This document shows, piece after piece, positions 26,593 through 38,698 of a stretch of 64,000 nucleotides of DNA; position 1 is the first letter of the stretch; each line of letters starts with the position of its first letter. The DNA comes from Lepidodermella squamata (Eukaryota; Animalia; Gastrotricha). Position numbers and translations under genes: made by a program. A model generated the notes under the pieces. It was not told the DNA's origin, searched no databases, and worked only from the letters and a program-made list of their open reading frames with translations. The DNA is taken from NCBI GenBank assembly GCA_047495785.1, contig JBLDXI010000004.1:1240001-1304000 (forward strand), in the 5' to 3' direction.

Positions 26593-27194
26593 AGCTCATC
26601 GGATAAACGTTAGCAGAGAATGAGGAAATAAATCACTTTAAAAATGTGTGACAATTTTAAATGAATGAATTGGGAATGACGGCGCGTTTCATCGCGCGTG
26701 CTGTTTCTTTTTTGTGTGGCGCCAATCGTTGTTGTGTTTCGATTAACCAGGCTCATCCTCAAGTTGTTATTGTAGTCACGCATTAAAAAGTGCTGAAATG
26801 CTATTCTGAGCTGCCCTGGTTCACTGTTTTGGCGACGACCTACTTCTTCGTAGCTGGTCGCGTGTCATTAGGTTCACTGTCGAGTCCAATTCGGCGTTCT
26901 ACATACGGTGGTCAAGAAATAATATCTATTTTAATCTTAGAATGAACTTTAACCAGACAGCATCCGTTAACAATTTTCAAATTTTGTAAAAAAATGGACG
27001 GTGAGTAGCTCGAGTTTTTGAACTAGTTTAAAAACAAGTCTTTCTTCAATACTTCCGCGCCCATGTTCAGTCATTTTAGGGACAAAGTATATAAACACTC
27101 GAATCTGAAAAATTGAAGTTTATTATTATTGTTTTCGAAAAATAGGATGGTACACAATTCGAGGAAACAGAAGGGCACGCAGGCTACTAACACT

Positions 27195-27808
27195 GAACCG
27201 TAGCGCAAAATTTCAGATGCGGTTAACACGTTTTTTTTTTATTTTTTCAGCGCGTTGTCGAGTTTTATCAGTTACAAGCGAGGCTCTGGAGAGAGGCACT
27301 GGTTTAGGCTGGTTTAGTAAGTTCAGTACATAAAGCTAGTTTCAAGATAGAGGTCAGAGCACAGATGTTATGATGAATCAGCATCGAGTGGTTGGAAAAG
27401 TAAACAAATCAGGTGAATTTCGATGGCTCATTATTCTTTTAAACGATTGGTCACAATCCAGTCCAATCCGATTGGTCACACCAGTAATAGCCGGCAGTTT
27501 CAAATTGCCCTTGAAAATATGAACATATTTATTAGTTTTTCGAAATTTTAATGGTTTATGAAATGGGGAAAATCGCAAAAATGATATAAAATTGATGAAT
27601 GAATAAAACATGACAAGTGCCAATAAGACAGCGAAATTGAATCGAAATTTAATGATTGCGCGAACCAACCCGATAGATTTCCCCTAGCGGCCTAAACCAG
27701 TGCCTCTCTCCAGAGCCTCGCTTGTGACTGATAAAACTCGACTACGCGCTGAAGAATTAAAATAAAACAGTTTAAGCGCATCTGAAATGTTATGCTCTGA
27801 ACCAGAGT
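27195..27808. mobile_element. MITE-like element with inverted ends of about 115 bp
   Basis: 27195-27308 is the imperfect reverse complement of 27691-27808 (cgaggctctggagagaggcactggtttagg vs cctaaaccagtgcctctctccagagcctcg). Confidence 0.7.
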
Positions 27809-28342
27809 GTAAAGATCCGCCGGCTGGCATCGCGCCATCGAACTAACTAGCTTGTGACTTGTGATAATCATGTGATATAATAAATTAGACATGTTCGCTC
27901 TAGTTACTTATTTCTCTATGATATTTAAGGCCATGAACGGCAGATCATCAATGTTTGATTCATTCTCAATAAAGCAGTATAGAATAGTGCCTGGCCTAGT
28001 CTTGATGATTCCCAGCAAATCATAGAGAACGTTCTCTATGCAGCAAATTATTCTGAATATTCATGAGCAAAAACGTGAAGACGTGCTCTTTTTGTCAGCC
28101 GGCGTGCTCTTCGAGTTCGGCGTCCTATCTACGTCACACACAGAGAAAATTACCCGCCCAGACGACACATTTATTGAGCCGATAGTTTTATTTCAAAAAT
28201 GAAAACTACTTTGATCGGAAACAATAACGCGTAGGTGAAATTTTACAATGCTCTTTATTACTTACATACGATGCAACGTTTCGACGCAGAATCTTAGCGT
28301 CACCATCATGCATCTAGGAACTAACAATGGAAATGTTCCCAT

Positions 28343-28655
28343 ATCGACAGGTAGGCTCCATCTTCCGTACAACCGACGTCTGCAATGCCGGGGTCTATTC
28401 CGTGAAATTAATGTTGATTTTGGTCTATTTCATCAATAGTTTGCCAGGATGTGTTACAAACGCGCGGCTCTTACCCCGTTTTGCGTACCGGGAAACGTTG
28501 CTTGAAACAATCCCGGTGACATGAATGCAAGCCTCGTTTCGTTAACCAATAAATTGCAATCCCGCATCGAACTAAAAGTGAACCGATTCACCAACTGCGT
28601 ACCAGCTGCCGTTGGCTGTAATACACTCACCGAATACCAGGTTTACCACGATTTA
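28343..28655 (+). pseudogene. Scrambled family fragment: exon 2, exon 3 (with stop), then the 3' half of exon 1
   Basis: VGSIFRTTDVCNAG; FARMCYKRAALTPFCVPGNVA*NNPGDMN; then NRFTNCVPAAVGCNTLTEYQ followed by gt. Confidence 0.8.
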
Positions 28656-29469
28656 AGTTGGCGACGATTAGGCCAGACACTGAGTTCGTTGCTGCTTCAA
28701 CGAGTAAATACAACAGCGGTTCGCAACTGTTGTTTTCCTTGCAACCGTGCACTTAAGCGCATTTCGAAAAATCGGATTCATGAACGCATGGCCATTTCAC
28801 CACTTTGATAGGCATTATATAAGCTGCAGGCTGGACACATTTGCTCGGGCATTTATTGGCGACGATATGAAACTTGAGCATTTGTTGTGTCATGTTAGCG
28901 TGATAATACTCTTTACGAGCTAAAAATAGCTACATAAAAGCTAAATTGCATGCAAAATGCTGTTTCTAGAAGGGTATCATCACGCGAACATGACAATTTC
29001 GCAAAATTGCAAAAAGTCTGATTTGCTCAAGTTTTATATCATTAGATACAGCAAAAATCAAACAAGATCATATAATTTGTTCGGAATTTTTCGGCGTGAA
29101 ATAAAAAGTTTTACCGGCCTAAAAGACTCTTAAAATGGCAATTTCTCGGGAAAGTGGCCAACTAAGGGACAATTTAAAAAAGGTTGGAAAAAAACCGTAT
29201 TGTAAGACGGGACTCATTCGATAGAGTAGCGCTCGGCGCTCCTAGTTTTCCGGAATATTTTACTGAAATTTGTGGGAAATGAAAGATTTTCTCTGGAAAT
29301 TTTAGAAAATAATAAAAAATCAGAAAACTTCAAATGGGCGGATAGGGCGATGAGTGAATAAAAATGAAAGCCACGTGAAAGCCAAAATGAAAGATCGTTA
29401 CCTTCCGATATTTTTTGAGTTTTTTATGCTGAAAAAGGGTGAATTGTTTCCTGGTGTGCTGTGCAGCCT

Positions 29470-29877
29470 ATGGTGGAGAAAAAAATGACCAGAGTGAGCA
29501 CTCAAGCTAAAATTTTGATCTGCATTATTATAGAAGTGCCTTCTCAAAACGGATATTCCCGTGTTTCACCAAATTTTGCATGCCTATAGAACGCGAGCTG
29601 CTCTTTCACGTGGTATAAGATTTGAGGTGGGCAATTGCCGCTCAGTCTTGATCTCATCAAAATAAGTAAAACCATAGTGAAAACAAGGTTTCTGTATCGT
29701 AACAACGGTTGGGTTGCCCACCTCAAATCTTATACCACGTGAAAGAGCAGCTCGCGTTCTATAGGCATGCAAAATTTGGTGAAACACGGGAATATCCGTT
29801 TTGAGAAAGTCAACTTTGAATTAAAATGAAGATTTAGAAATTTTAGCTTGAGTGCTTACTGGTCATTTTTTCACTAT
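29470..29877. mobile_element. Palindromic MITE with a perfect inner inverted repeat of about 94 bp
   Basis: 29541-29634 is the reverse complement of 29714-29807. The outer arms are imperfect. Confidence 0.85.
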
Positions 29878-29977
29878 GGATGTAGGATCGATTAAAACCA
29901 TGAATTTTTGATATTATTTCATTTTCATTAATAGTTTGTGCCCATTTGCGTCCATTTTTTCTTTATTATTTTCTTAA

Positions 29978-31244
29978 GGGGGCTGTGGTCGAAAAAAAAT
30001 AACAGTATCATAAATTTATAGTGAGATTTATATTTTTTATATAGCACATAAACCTAATGATTTATCGACGCTTTTATATCATCGCCTGTCTTAATCGACA
30101 ACATACAGACAATCGCGTTTCTTTTAAAACATATCCCCAATAATGTCAGACATGCGCATTATAATGCAATAGTACCTGACATTCGCGCTAACTTGTAGGT
30201 GCTACCTAAATTGCTGCCACTTGTAGCCTTCGTTTTGCGTATTTTAATTTTCTATACCATTCATCTCGTTCATAGTTTTCGTTTCATTACCTTCTTTCGA
30301 GCAAGGCGCAAAAGTATAGCATTGAGCACGCAGGTGTAAAACTGCCTATCAAGTCTGCGTAACTCATAATTACCCGTGGATTTTTAACAGGTCCGATTCG
30401 TTATTTTCAAAAAAAACTACTTTCTCATTTTTATCTGGGGATGATAATTGTTTTGCGAACACTACCAAGATTTGACGAAATTTTGTATTTGCGGAAGGAA
30501 ATTTCACTGAAGAGGAGAGCAAAGATGAGGACGCAAAATCGCTTTTGCGACGCCGGGGCTATGCGCCAGTTTTTATGCGAAACTTCGAAATTTCATTGAT
30601 AAAAAGCGTGGGTGAATTTTTTTTTAATTTTTTCGATGAAAAAATGAAAATCAATATTTTATCTACTGCGCCGCTTGTTTCTATTATTTCAATTCTTTCA
30701 GTTCCGACAGTTCTGACAGTTCTGACAGTTCTAATAATTCCATCAATTTGTATTTTTTCACTCAATTGCTTCAAACATCGCGTGTTTTCATGCCTTTTTG
30801 ATAGTTTTCCAGATTTTTATCAAGGGCGTTAATTATTCTCATTCTCCTGGAAAGTTTTCCATCAATTCATAAAACTAACAAATGATTGGGCTACGGAAGA
30901 TGTGGCAAAAGGAAGAGGCGGGATGATAAAAGACTGGCTAGCCAGGCTGATTTGAAAAAGATGAATAAAATCAAAATCTGATTGCAATCCACTATTCTTA
31001 AATCCTCAGCTGAAGCTCCTAAAAGAGTCGAATCATACTCCAGAACACTACACACTCACGTGCAACAGGTACTGAAGAAGATAGCAAATGGGGAAATGTT
31101 TTGCAATGCCACATATAATTCAGGCAGCTCAAGTAATAAAATTTAGCACGATAATGAGTGATATACTACGATTTTTTTCTGTGTCGCACTATAAATTTGC
31201 TATAGTGCTGCTATAACTCTTATTTACGTTCGATCACAGCCCTC
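29978..31244. mobile_element. Non-autonomous TIR element at a TTAA-like site (Sola3- or Kolobok-like)
   Basis: TIRs GGGGGCTGTGGTCGAA and TTCGATCACAGCCCTC; flanks TTAA and TAAA. It interrupts upstream sequence that is contiguous in copy D (22380-22500). Confidence 0.7.
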
Positions 31245-33341
31245 TAAAAATCATAATAAAATGGAAAATGCTCTAAAACTGTACTTAACCAGGAAAAGCA
31301 CAGACTTGAACTCTTCCAGACGCGTCGAAGGAGAAACAGACACGTGACACGTTCCATCGCACCACATGGAGTTTCGCCATAAAAAATATCAAAAACAACA
31401 ACGCACCGTCATTCACGATTGATTCGATACAATTTTTACAAAATTCATATCGTGCATTTTTAATTTATTTTTTTTCAAGGCTCATTCGATCAGATGGTTT
31501 CACTGTGCTCTGCTGCTAACCCTATTGCTGGCGTCAAGTGACCCGGCTTCGGGTAAAGAGTTGAACTGGGTCCGCTGTTTTTCGCAGTTTAGCAACCGAT
31601 TCACCAACTGTGTACCAGCTGCCGATGGCTGTAATCCACTCACCGAATACCAGGTTTGCAAGGATTTACTTGCATGCAGTAACATGACGATTGTTGCATT
31701 TCTCACCAACTAGTGGGGCGGCATTTTTCGAACGACTGGCGTCTGCAACACTGGGGTTAGTTTTACTCTTCAGTTTATTTTCGTTAATTAATGCCATGTT
31801 TTGTCTATAGAATGCCCGAATGTGCTACAAATACGAGGCTCTTAGCCCGTTTTGTGTACCTGGTAACATTGGCTGTAACAACCCGGGTGATATGAATGTG
31901 AGCCTCGATTCATTCACCAATCAAACATCAAATTTTGCTGCTTTATTGTTATTACGTTGTTTATTGTTTAAATTTTTGCCGTAGACGTTCTGGTTCAACG
32001 ATCAGAATGCGACGTTGAGCTTGAAATTTAACCTCAACGAATGCGAGAAAAAGACAGCTACATTCGAGGTAAGATTTCAGAAAACCTGGTCATTACGCAT
32101 TGTTCTTTTATTGTATCATTCCAGACTTTGAAATTCCGACGCTGTACGTCGAACAACGTAATCAGGACGTGTGTTCCAGATCCTTATTCCTGCCCCAACA
32201 ACTGGGTGCGACCTTTCCGCAATCATGGGCGTCTTATTTTTGATTATCGGTTTCGTTTCGTCTACAGGTTACTGGATCACTTTTGTATCTCGATCTCGCG
32301 TCTTGCATCAGTGGAACAGGTTTGTGAAATTGATTTATTTTATCGGAGTCATGTGACATGAGAAGTAAATCACGTATTCATCAGAATAGATAAAAAAAAA
32401 TTGTTTTTACTGTGAGAGAGGAAACCATGGCTTATAGGGGGTTATTCGAGGGAGTTATTATTGGAGATAATATTATTCAAAGAAATTCGGTATTACAAAA
32501 GTTTGAAATATTAGCCAGTGAGATTTCCGGATTACCAAGAAGGCAGTGCACCGGAAAGGATCCTCTAGTTACGGCTATTGTGTGCTACTAGTTTTTCAAA
32601 TCAAAAGCGGAATTTCCAGTTATCTCTCCTAGACCTGTACTTCCTCATTCGTCATTACGCTAGGTTCCTTAAAGTACGATCGAATGAGTCAGCAATCTGG
32701 TTGCTTTGGCGCGTCGCTATCGATATGCATAGTTATTTTGAAAAGCACAGACATTTCTTTTTCGTCAAAAGTCGAGATTTAAAATTTAAGCAATATTTAA
32801 ATGATTTTTGACTGGAAATTAGGATGTCTCAAACAGTGACTTTCATTTATTTAATTTACCGCTTTAATCAGGGACCTTCTTGAATCGATCATAGTCAATT
32901 ATTGTCCCATTTCTCATGTTTCGTGTTCTATTTCAATTGTCTTTTTCCCTAAAATAACACGATTGTTTATCGCCAAGTAGTTCTGTCGGTTTATATTATT
33001 CGCTAAAAATCGGTTTTATTTCGGCGCCCTTAATAACCTCGGTACCGGGCTAACCGGGCTTAGAAAAAATATAAGCCTTCACAGGCTTACCAGTTCTAAA
33101 CACGTGATTTTTTACGCAAACCCGGATAACGGGAGCTTCGAAGCCCCTGCGTCCTGGTATGTCTCATGGATTAAGGCGCTTTGTTTTCGTCTTCTTCAGT
33201 CACGGTCCCTGTGAGCGAGAAGCCGCACATCCGCTGTTTCGACTCGACAACTGGCAAATTCAACGGCTGCCGGCCACAAAGCACTGGCTGCTTGGCTAAC
33301 AATGAGACTCAGCAATATTCGACTAATGTGTTCATCAACTA

Positions 33342-33680
33342 CATTGTGCTTGAGCTAAATAGTAGAATTTCTGGGCGCGCGCTGATTGGTCAATCGATCG
33401 TTGCTATGACTCCCGGATGAAACATGTTGGTTGTGCGATCCATGAAATTTTTTTCAACAAGTGTTTTTTGCCGCAGTAAATTGCTACGATTATTATGGGG
33501 TTTACGCTCGTGGTCAATGGAAACCGTGCAGAGGGTGTGGCAAGGTCATTTTTTGCATAAATAGAAAATAATATATTAGTGGATCGCACGACTAAATTGT
33601 TTCATCCCGGGGTCATAGCAACAATAAATTGACCAATCAGCGAGCGGGTCAAAGTGCTACTTACTACTTGAAACACAATG
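33342..33680. mobile_element. Palindromic MITE inserted in exon 7 of F (related copy at 60081-60418)
   Basis: CATTGTG...CACAATG termini. The TA duplication is confirmed by the empty site in H exon 7 (atcaac-TA-tcaaagc). Confidence 0.9.
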
Positions 33681-33907
33681 TATCAAAGCTGCCTACTCGG
33701 AGTAAGTCTTTTCTAATTTACTCGCATTTGATGCCTAAGCTTGTATATGAACAGAACGCGGTTTCATGCAAAGATTCGTCGAACCGAAGTTCATGCTACG
33801 CAGCCTGCCCTCGAGACCTAACGCAGGTGAAACTTGGCTATTGAAAGATCAAAGTTTCTATGAGTGATTCTAAAACAGGTTAAGCTCTCCTCGGACTCGC
33901 AATCTTT

Positions 33908-35436
33908 CCCTGAGCAGCAAGTGCACGTTTTTTGCGAAATACTGCCAAGTTCCAGTGGGAATTGCAAGAAACTGCCTGAAAACGCCGTTTACTGCCATTT
34001 TTCATCTTTTTTCAAAACTTACTGCAGTTTTTGGAAAAAACTGGAAGTTAAAAGCTGGAAACCGCAGTAACTTCGCGAATAATTGACGCAGTTTTTCATG
34101 AAACTTGGGAAATTCGGCATTTTGCGACCCGAAGTTAACTGCCAGGTAAAATATTTCTTCGCCGCCGTTAAAAACTTTCGATTTTTCTTTATTTTCACTG
34201 CGAAGTCAGAAATAGTGAACGAAAGTGAACGAAATTCGATGCCTCGGCCTCTAGTTTTTGCCGAAAATTCCCTGGCTCAAAAACTGCCTTCTACCTATCC
34301 GAATCAATCTGTTTTTATTTATCATGAAATTTCTCGTTTTTCTCGATTTTACCTAATTTTTCCTAATTATTTACCTGGATCCTAAAAATTACCGAATTTT
34401 TATTTTTTGCAGCCTGAACCATCTAAAATATAAGAATGACAGCAAAATTCGATAATTTGGATTTTGCTTAAAAGCCAAATTTTTAATGACTGAAAATTGT
34501 CGCTCTAAATAAAAGCTGAAATAGGGCAAAATCATTGTTATTGGGGCGCTCGATTGTTGTGCACACAGGCCTCGGGGTGTTGCGTAATCACGCCATGCTT
34601 CAAAAATGTGGCTTTTTAGTTCCTGCAAATCATCATATTTTTGTTTTCAATTCCAAAACATCCATCCCTATGTCCTATTTAGTGAGAATTTTTCGTCCGG
34701 CCTCAATTTCGCATTCTGAGCTTCATCGTTGCCTTGCTACCAGGTGTGTCGACCATGCAATTTGGACAAGTCAGATATTTATCGAATTTTCAAGGTAATT
34801 TTGAAATTAATTCCGTTTTCTTTAATTTACCCGCAACTTTTGAAGGTTTGTCCTGCGAATCAAATTTTCAGTCGAACCAGTCTTAACGGGCCGGTCAGCA
34901 ATTCGTAACGGTATCGATGAATAATTAACAAGGTATTTCAGTGTTCAATTAATTTCAATTATTAATTTCAATTATAATCTACAGGTTATCGGGCCTGCTC
35001 CAGTGGCGGTTTCTGCATCAGTCACAGCCGTTGTTCGAGCGTCTCGTGAAACATCATTCACTATTAACTTGACAATTTTTCAATTTTCTTTTATTGATCA
35101 GTTTTGATGAATAAAATGATACTTGCATCGACGGATTTGCGTGAAGGGTAAAACTGTCTTTTTTGAAACAGAGAGTGAAAGCCGCATTTTTAATAGTGAA
35201 TGCGAAATGGCCCTGAGTGAAAGTTCTAGTGAAATTAGCAACGAGCAAGTGACTGCGCAGTAGAAACCATCTCTCACCACAAAAACTCTCACCGCAGAAA
35301 ACCACCCAGAAAACTGTCCAGCTCGGCAAAAAACTAGACTTTTGACAGAATACTGCCAACAGAAAAACTCTCGCTAATTTGCATATTTAGTTTTTTTGAT
35401 CTAGGCAGTTAAAAGGCCCGAAATTGTCGCTCAGGG
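33908..35436. mobile_element. Non-autonomous CMC/EnSpm-like element in exon 9 of F
   Basis: Termini CCCTGAGC and GCTCAGGG. A 2-bp TT duplication is inferred from the empty site in H (gcaatcttttcaac). Confidence 0.8.
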
Positions 35437-36339
35437 TTTCAACTAAACCACGCCAAGTGCATCGATGAAATATCGCCCACGGTGAGTTCGAGCATCCTAC
35501 TTCGCGAACTGGCGTGGCGTGAGGAAGCACTGCATTATCACCTGACTTTATTACTATAATTTAAAAAAATGGAGAGAACATACAATTTTACTTTCTGTCC
35601 TGTGACATTTTTAGCCGGCTGCGTATTTCCGTTGCGTTGACAACAGCGATGGCGCCGTTCACTGCGTAGCAGAGTCGACAGGCTGCAATGCGGCAACTCA
35701 GCTTCGAATTCCGGCTAATGTGGTCTATCCGGACGAGATCACGTGCAAAAACGCGACCAAGAAGTACACGGCGGTGGGTTATGCGGGTCCCAGAGCCAAC
35801 AGCACGGCTAAATGCGTCGAAGTCAATGCTACGTTGGCGACGATTAGGTCTGACGCGGAGCTGGATGCTGCTAAACAAGCGCTGACGGCGAGGGGGACTG
35901 TTAGCGCTTGGATCGCTCTCACTCGCCAAAACGGTGAATTCAGATGGGATGATGGATCCAGTTTCACTTACGTCGATACGCAATGGAATGCTGGTGATGG
36001 CGACTGCGTTAAACTTGTATTTATAAACGCCAATGGAAGCGATGTCCCGGTCGATGATTATTACTATAAGCTCGGTGGTTGTGATACCTATACACGCAAT
36101 GTCTTATGCGAGTCGTTTTAATGAAACACTTTTATTCTGAACATATCCTGGTGAGATCGTGAAAAGCCGAAGTAAAACAATCATATTTGGGGAGATAATA
36201 TGCATCTGACACGTTACAAGTTGATTGATTTTCAGCAATGGCCAAGATCGACGGCGTATAACTCGCGAATAAAGTATGTGGCATAATCGAACGATGAATT
36301 TTTGATGAATCTGGAAAAATGTCTGGTAAACAGATTTCG

Positions 36340-36510
36340 ATTCCTACCTATAACTATTGAAATTGCAAGATTGTGCCTCAACGAGTTACCCCGTACGAAG
36401 CCAACTACAGCAGCCGATGGTGTACCGGAATGTGTGCTTAAAGCAACTGCCGGGATATTAGCCCCTCACGTCTGTGTAATTTTCAACAAATTGCTACATG
36501 AAATTCCAAT
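36340..36510 (+). mobile_element. Short relic of a non-LTR retrotransposon pre-RT region
   Basis: LNELPRTKPTTAADGVPECVLKATAGILAPHVCVIFNKLL resembles the GxDGI..LK....LA..L..IFN segment of LINE ORF2. Confidence 0.5.
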
Positions 36511-37169
36511 GTCATAAGTCAAAATTTGGTTTTGAATAAAGCAGGCTGGCGCTTTGAGACACTGCGAACGGCATGTTCACTCTTGTTCAACTCGCGAGTG
36601 ATTACGATGACGAGGTGTATTTCCGACGCTTTTAGTCAAATTTGATCCCGGATGTATAGTGAAAAGTGTATCTTAGCGCACTTCTACTCATTTTCAGCTA
36701 TTTTCAGCGAAAAGCGAGTCTTAAGGGAAAACAGGCCATTCTTGTTGAATAAGTCGCCATCACCGCTCTGCAGTTGTTAGAGTCATGGCAGAGTTGTCCA
36801 CGGGCGTAATTTTTAGAACCCGGCCCGGCCCGTGGTCACAATAAACACAATAAAGCTGAATATTTCTGCTGAATTTGCACTGGCTCAAAAGCTTAACTCA
36901 TGGCTATACAAGTTTGACAGTTCTTAGTGTTCCATATTGTCATTTGATATTAATTACATACGTGTTAGTAGTTCCTAGCTATCTAAGGGTTTTGAGTTTT
37001 GAGCCTTACTAGGATGGGTCTCAAAAGTCAGACCGGAATCCGACGCGTACCCGGCACGGCCCCACCGCCATGATGGAAGTGTGTGATGAATAATTAAGTA
37101 TATAGTATATCGGTTTCAATTCCTTCGCTCATTTGCATTTTTTAGCTGCCTTAAGAATGAAGATAAAGA

Positions 37170-37892
37170 TGTACTTAACCTGGTCACATTCACTCGTTTT
37201 TAAATCCCGTAGAACATTCGACCGAAGAATGAAGAATTCATGAAGAGCATGAGAAAAATATGAGTTAGAAAGGTTTATAGGCGAAGAAGCTGAGTTACTC
37301 CCTTCAAGAGTCTAAGAATCAAGAATCGCTGAGAGCGCAAGATCGCTGCTTTTTATAGCCCCTTAACTGAAGGTAGTAATTCGGGATGCAACCGCTCCGC
37401 AGTTGTAAATAACCGTAAATATGATACCGTAAACTACAGTATAAAGGCCGCACCCGAATAATCGCCGCAAAATAGCCCTATTTTCATCAATTCAGCATAA
37501 ATAAAGGCCGCGCGCGAATAATCGCCGCACCTAAGCACGTGATCAACAGCCACCCAGGCAAATCGCCAGATGGCACCCCCACTGCGACTCCTACCGCTAC
37601 GCCGACCTACTTTATACTCACTAGGTGACATCGAGGAGGCGGATTATCCGAATAGCCGCGCGTGAATTGGCGGCGCAAGCCCCTTGTTACACCTGTTACG
37701 CCTGCTACAACTCAAGTTTTGAAAAATTGAGGGAAATAAAGACCGCACTCGAATAATCGCCGCACTCAAATAATCGCCGCACTTTTTGCCTCTTTTTCAA
37801 AAATCAGGAAAATTAGTCGCCGCGGCCTTTATACTGTAGTTTACGGTAGTTAGAAATATGCGCTAGCACTGGCGGTTCCTTACCTCGCAACA
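37170..37892 (-). mobile_element. LTR-like repeat (homologue at about 57880-58226) with a nested MITE at 37427-37846
   Basis: The shared sequence ends ...CGCAACA in both copies and has GGGCTATAAAA on the minus strand. The nested MITE has TIR CCGTAAACTACAGTATAAAGGCCGC with TA flanks; a related MITE lies at about 49304-49650. Confidence 0.6.
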
Positions 37893-38698
37893 CAAGCGAT
37901 TTGAGCTTCGCATCAATTGTGTACAGTTAAAATCGAATAACCTAACTAATCCATTGTCTTTTTTTACAGCTGAGCTTTCCAACTTTTTCTAAATGGCTCT
38001 TAAATAAATAAAATAAATAAATTCAATTAGTGATTTTTTGCTAAAACGAACTCGGAAATGCAATTAGTAATTTTCAGTACAATAGATAGTTATGTGACAA
38101 GTGCAAAATATGTATTAAGAAACTAAGACACTAATTTAGGCTTGAGATATTATTAGTTCAATTATCGCTCTCAGATTGGGGGCTCAGAACCAGGCGAGGC
38201 ACTATTGTAGACCTAGGACCGAATTTCGGTTTTTACGGTATTTATTTTCTTCATGGCGCTTAGAGCTTCATTTTTACCAGTGCGAATTCGTATCTTGGGT
38301 AATGGCAACCTTACTTCGACTGCGAAATAATCTGCCGACTTATCTTTTCGTGCGGGAATTAATTATAAAGTAGCAAGTTCGTTATCGAAGTTTCTCGCCA
38401 CCTTGGCAATTATTGAGTTTTCTGACCTGCTACGTGTGCGCCGTTGATCCCATGATTATGGGCGATGTCTCAAAAACAACAGTCAACAGTCTTTTTTCGC
38501 TCATAAACAAATTCTAGGAATTCGAGAGAATGATCGCTACTTTTAATGTACTTTTGATTACTAAACTGTCGGATTATTAAACTAAGTCGATCTTTATTGA
38601 TGTCATACTGAGCTCTGAATTCTTGATGTCATACTTAGTTTCATTCAACAGCGACGCACTCTTCTGCAAAACATCAGCAGAACATTAGCATTCATAGC

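Larger units (their letters stand above)
31494..36121 (+). pseudogene. Family copy F: all 10 exons present, three inactivating lesions, CTLD exon still open
   Basis: Exons 31494-31653, 31714-31755, 31811-31897, 31985-32068, 32125-32205, 32268-32319, 33200-33701, 33755-33826, 33879-35481 and 35615-36121. Lesions: a 5-nt deletion after ATGGTT relative to D (frameshift), a MITE in exon 7, and a 1.5-kb element in exon 9. Confidence 0.88.

Noticed and set aside
31465-31495. T-rich ...CAAG/...CAG just upstream of the ATG as a trans-splice acceptor
   Set aside because: Seen in D and F only and not consistent across paralogues. The organism cannot be identified from the sequence alone.
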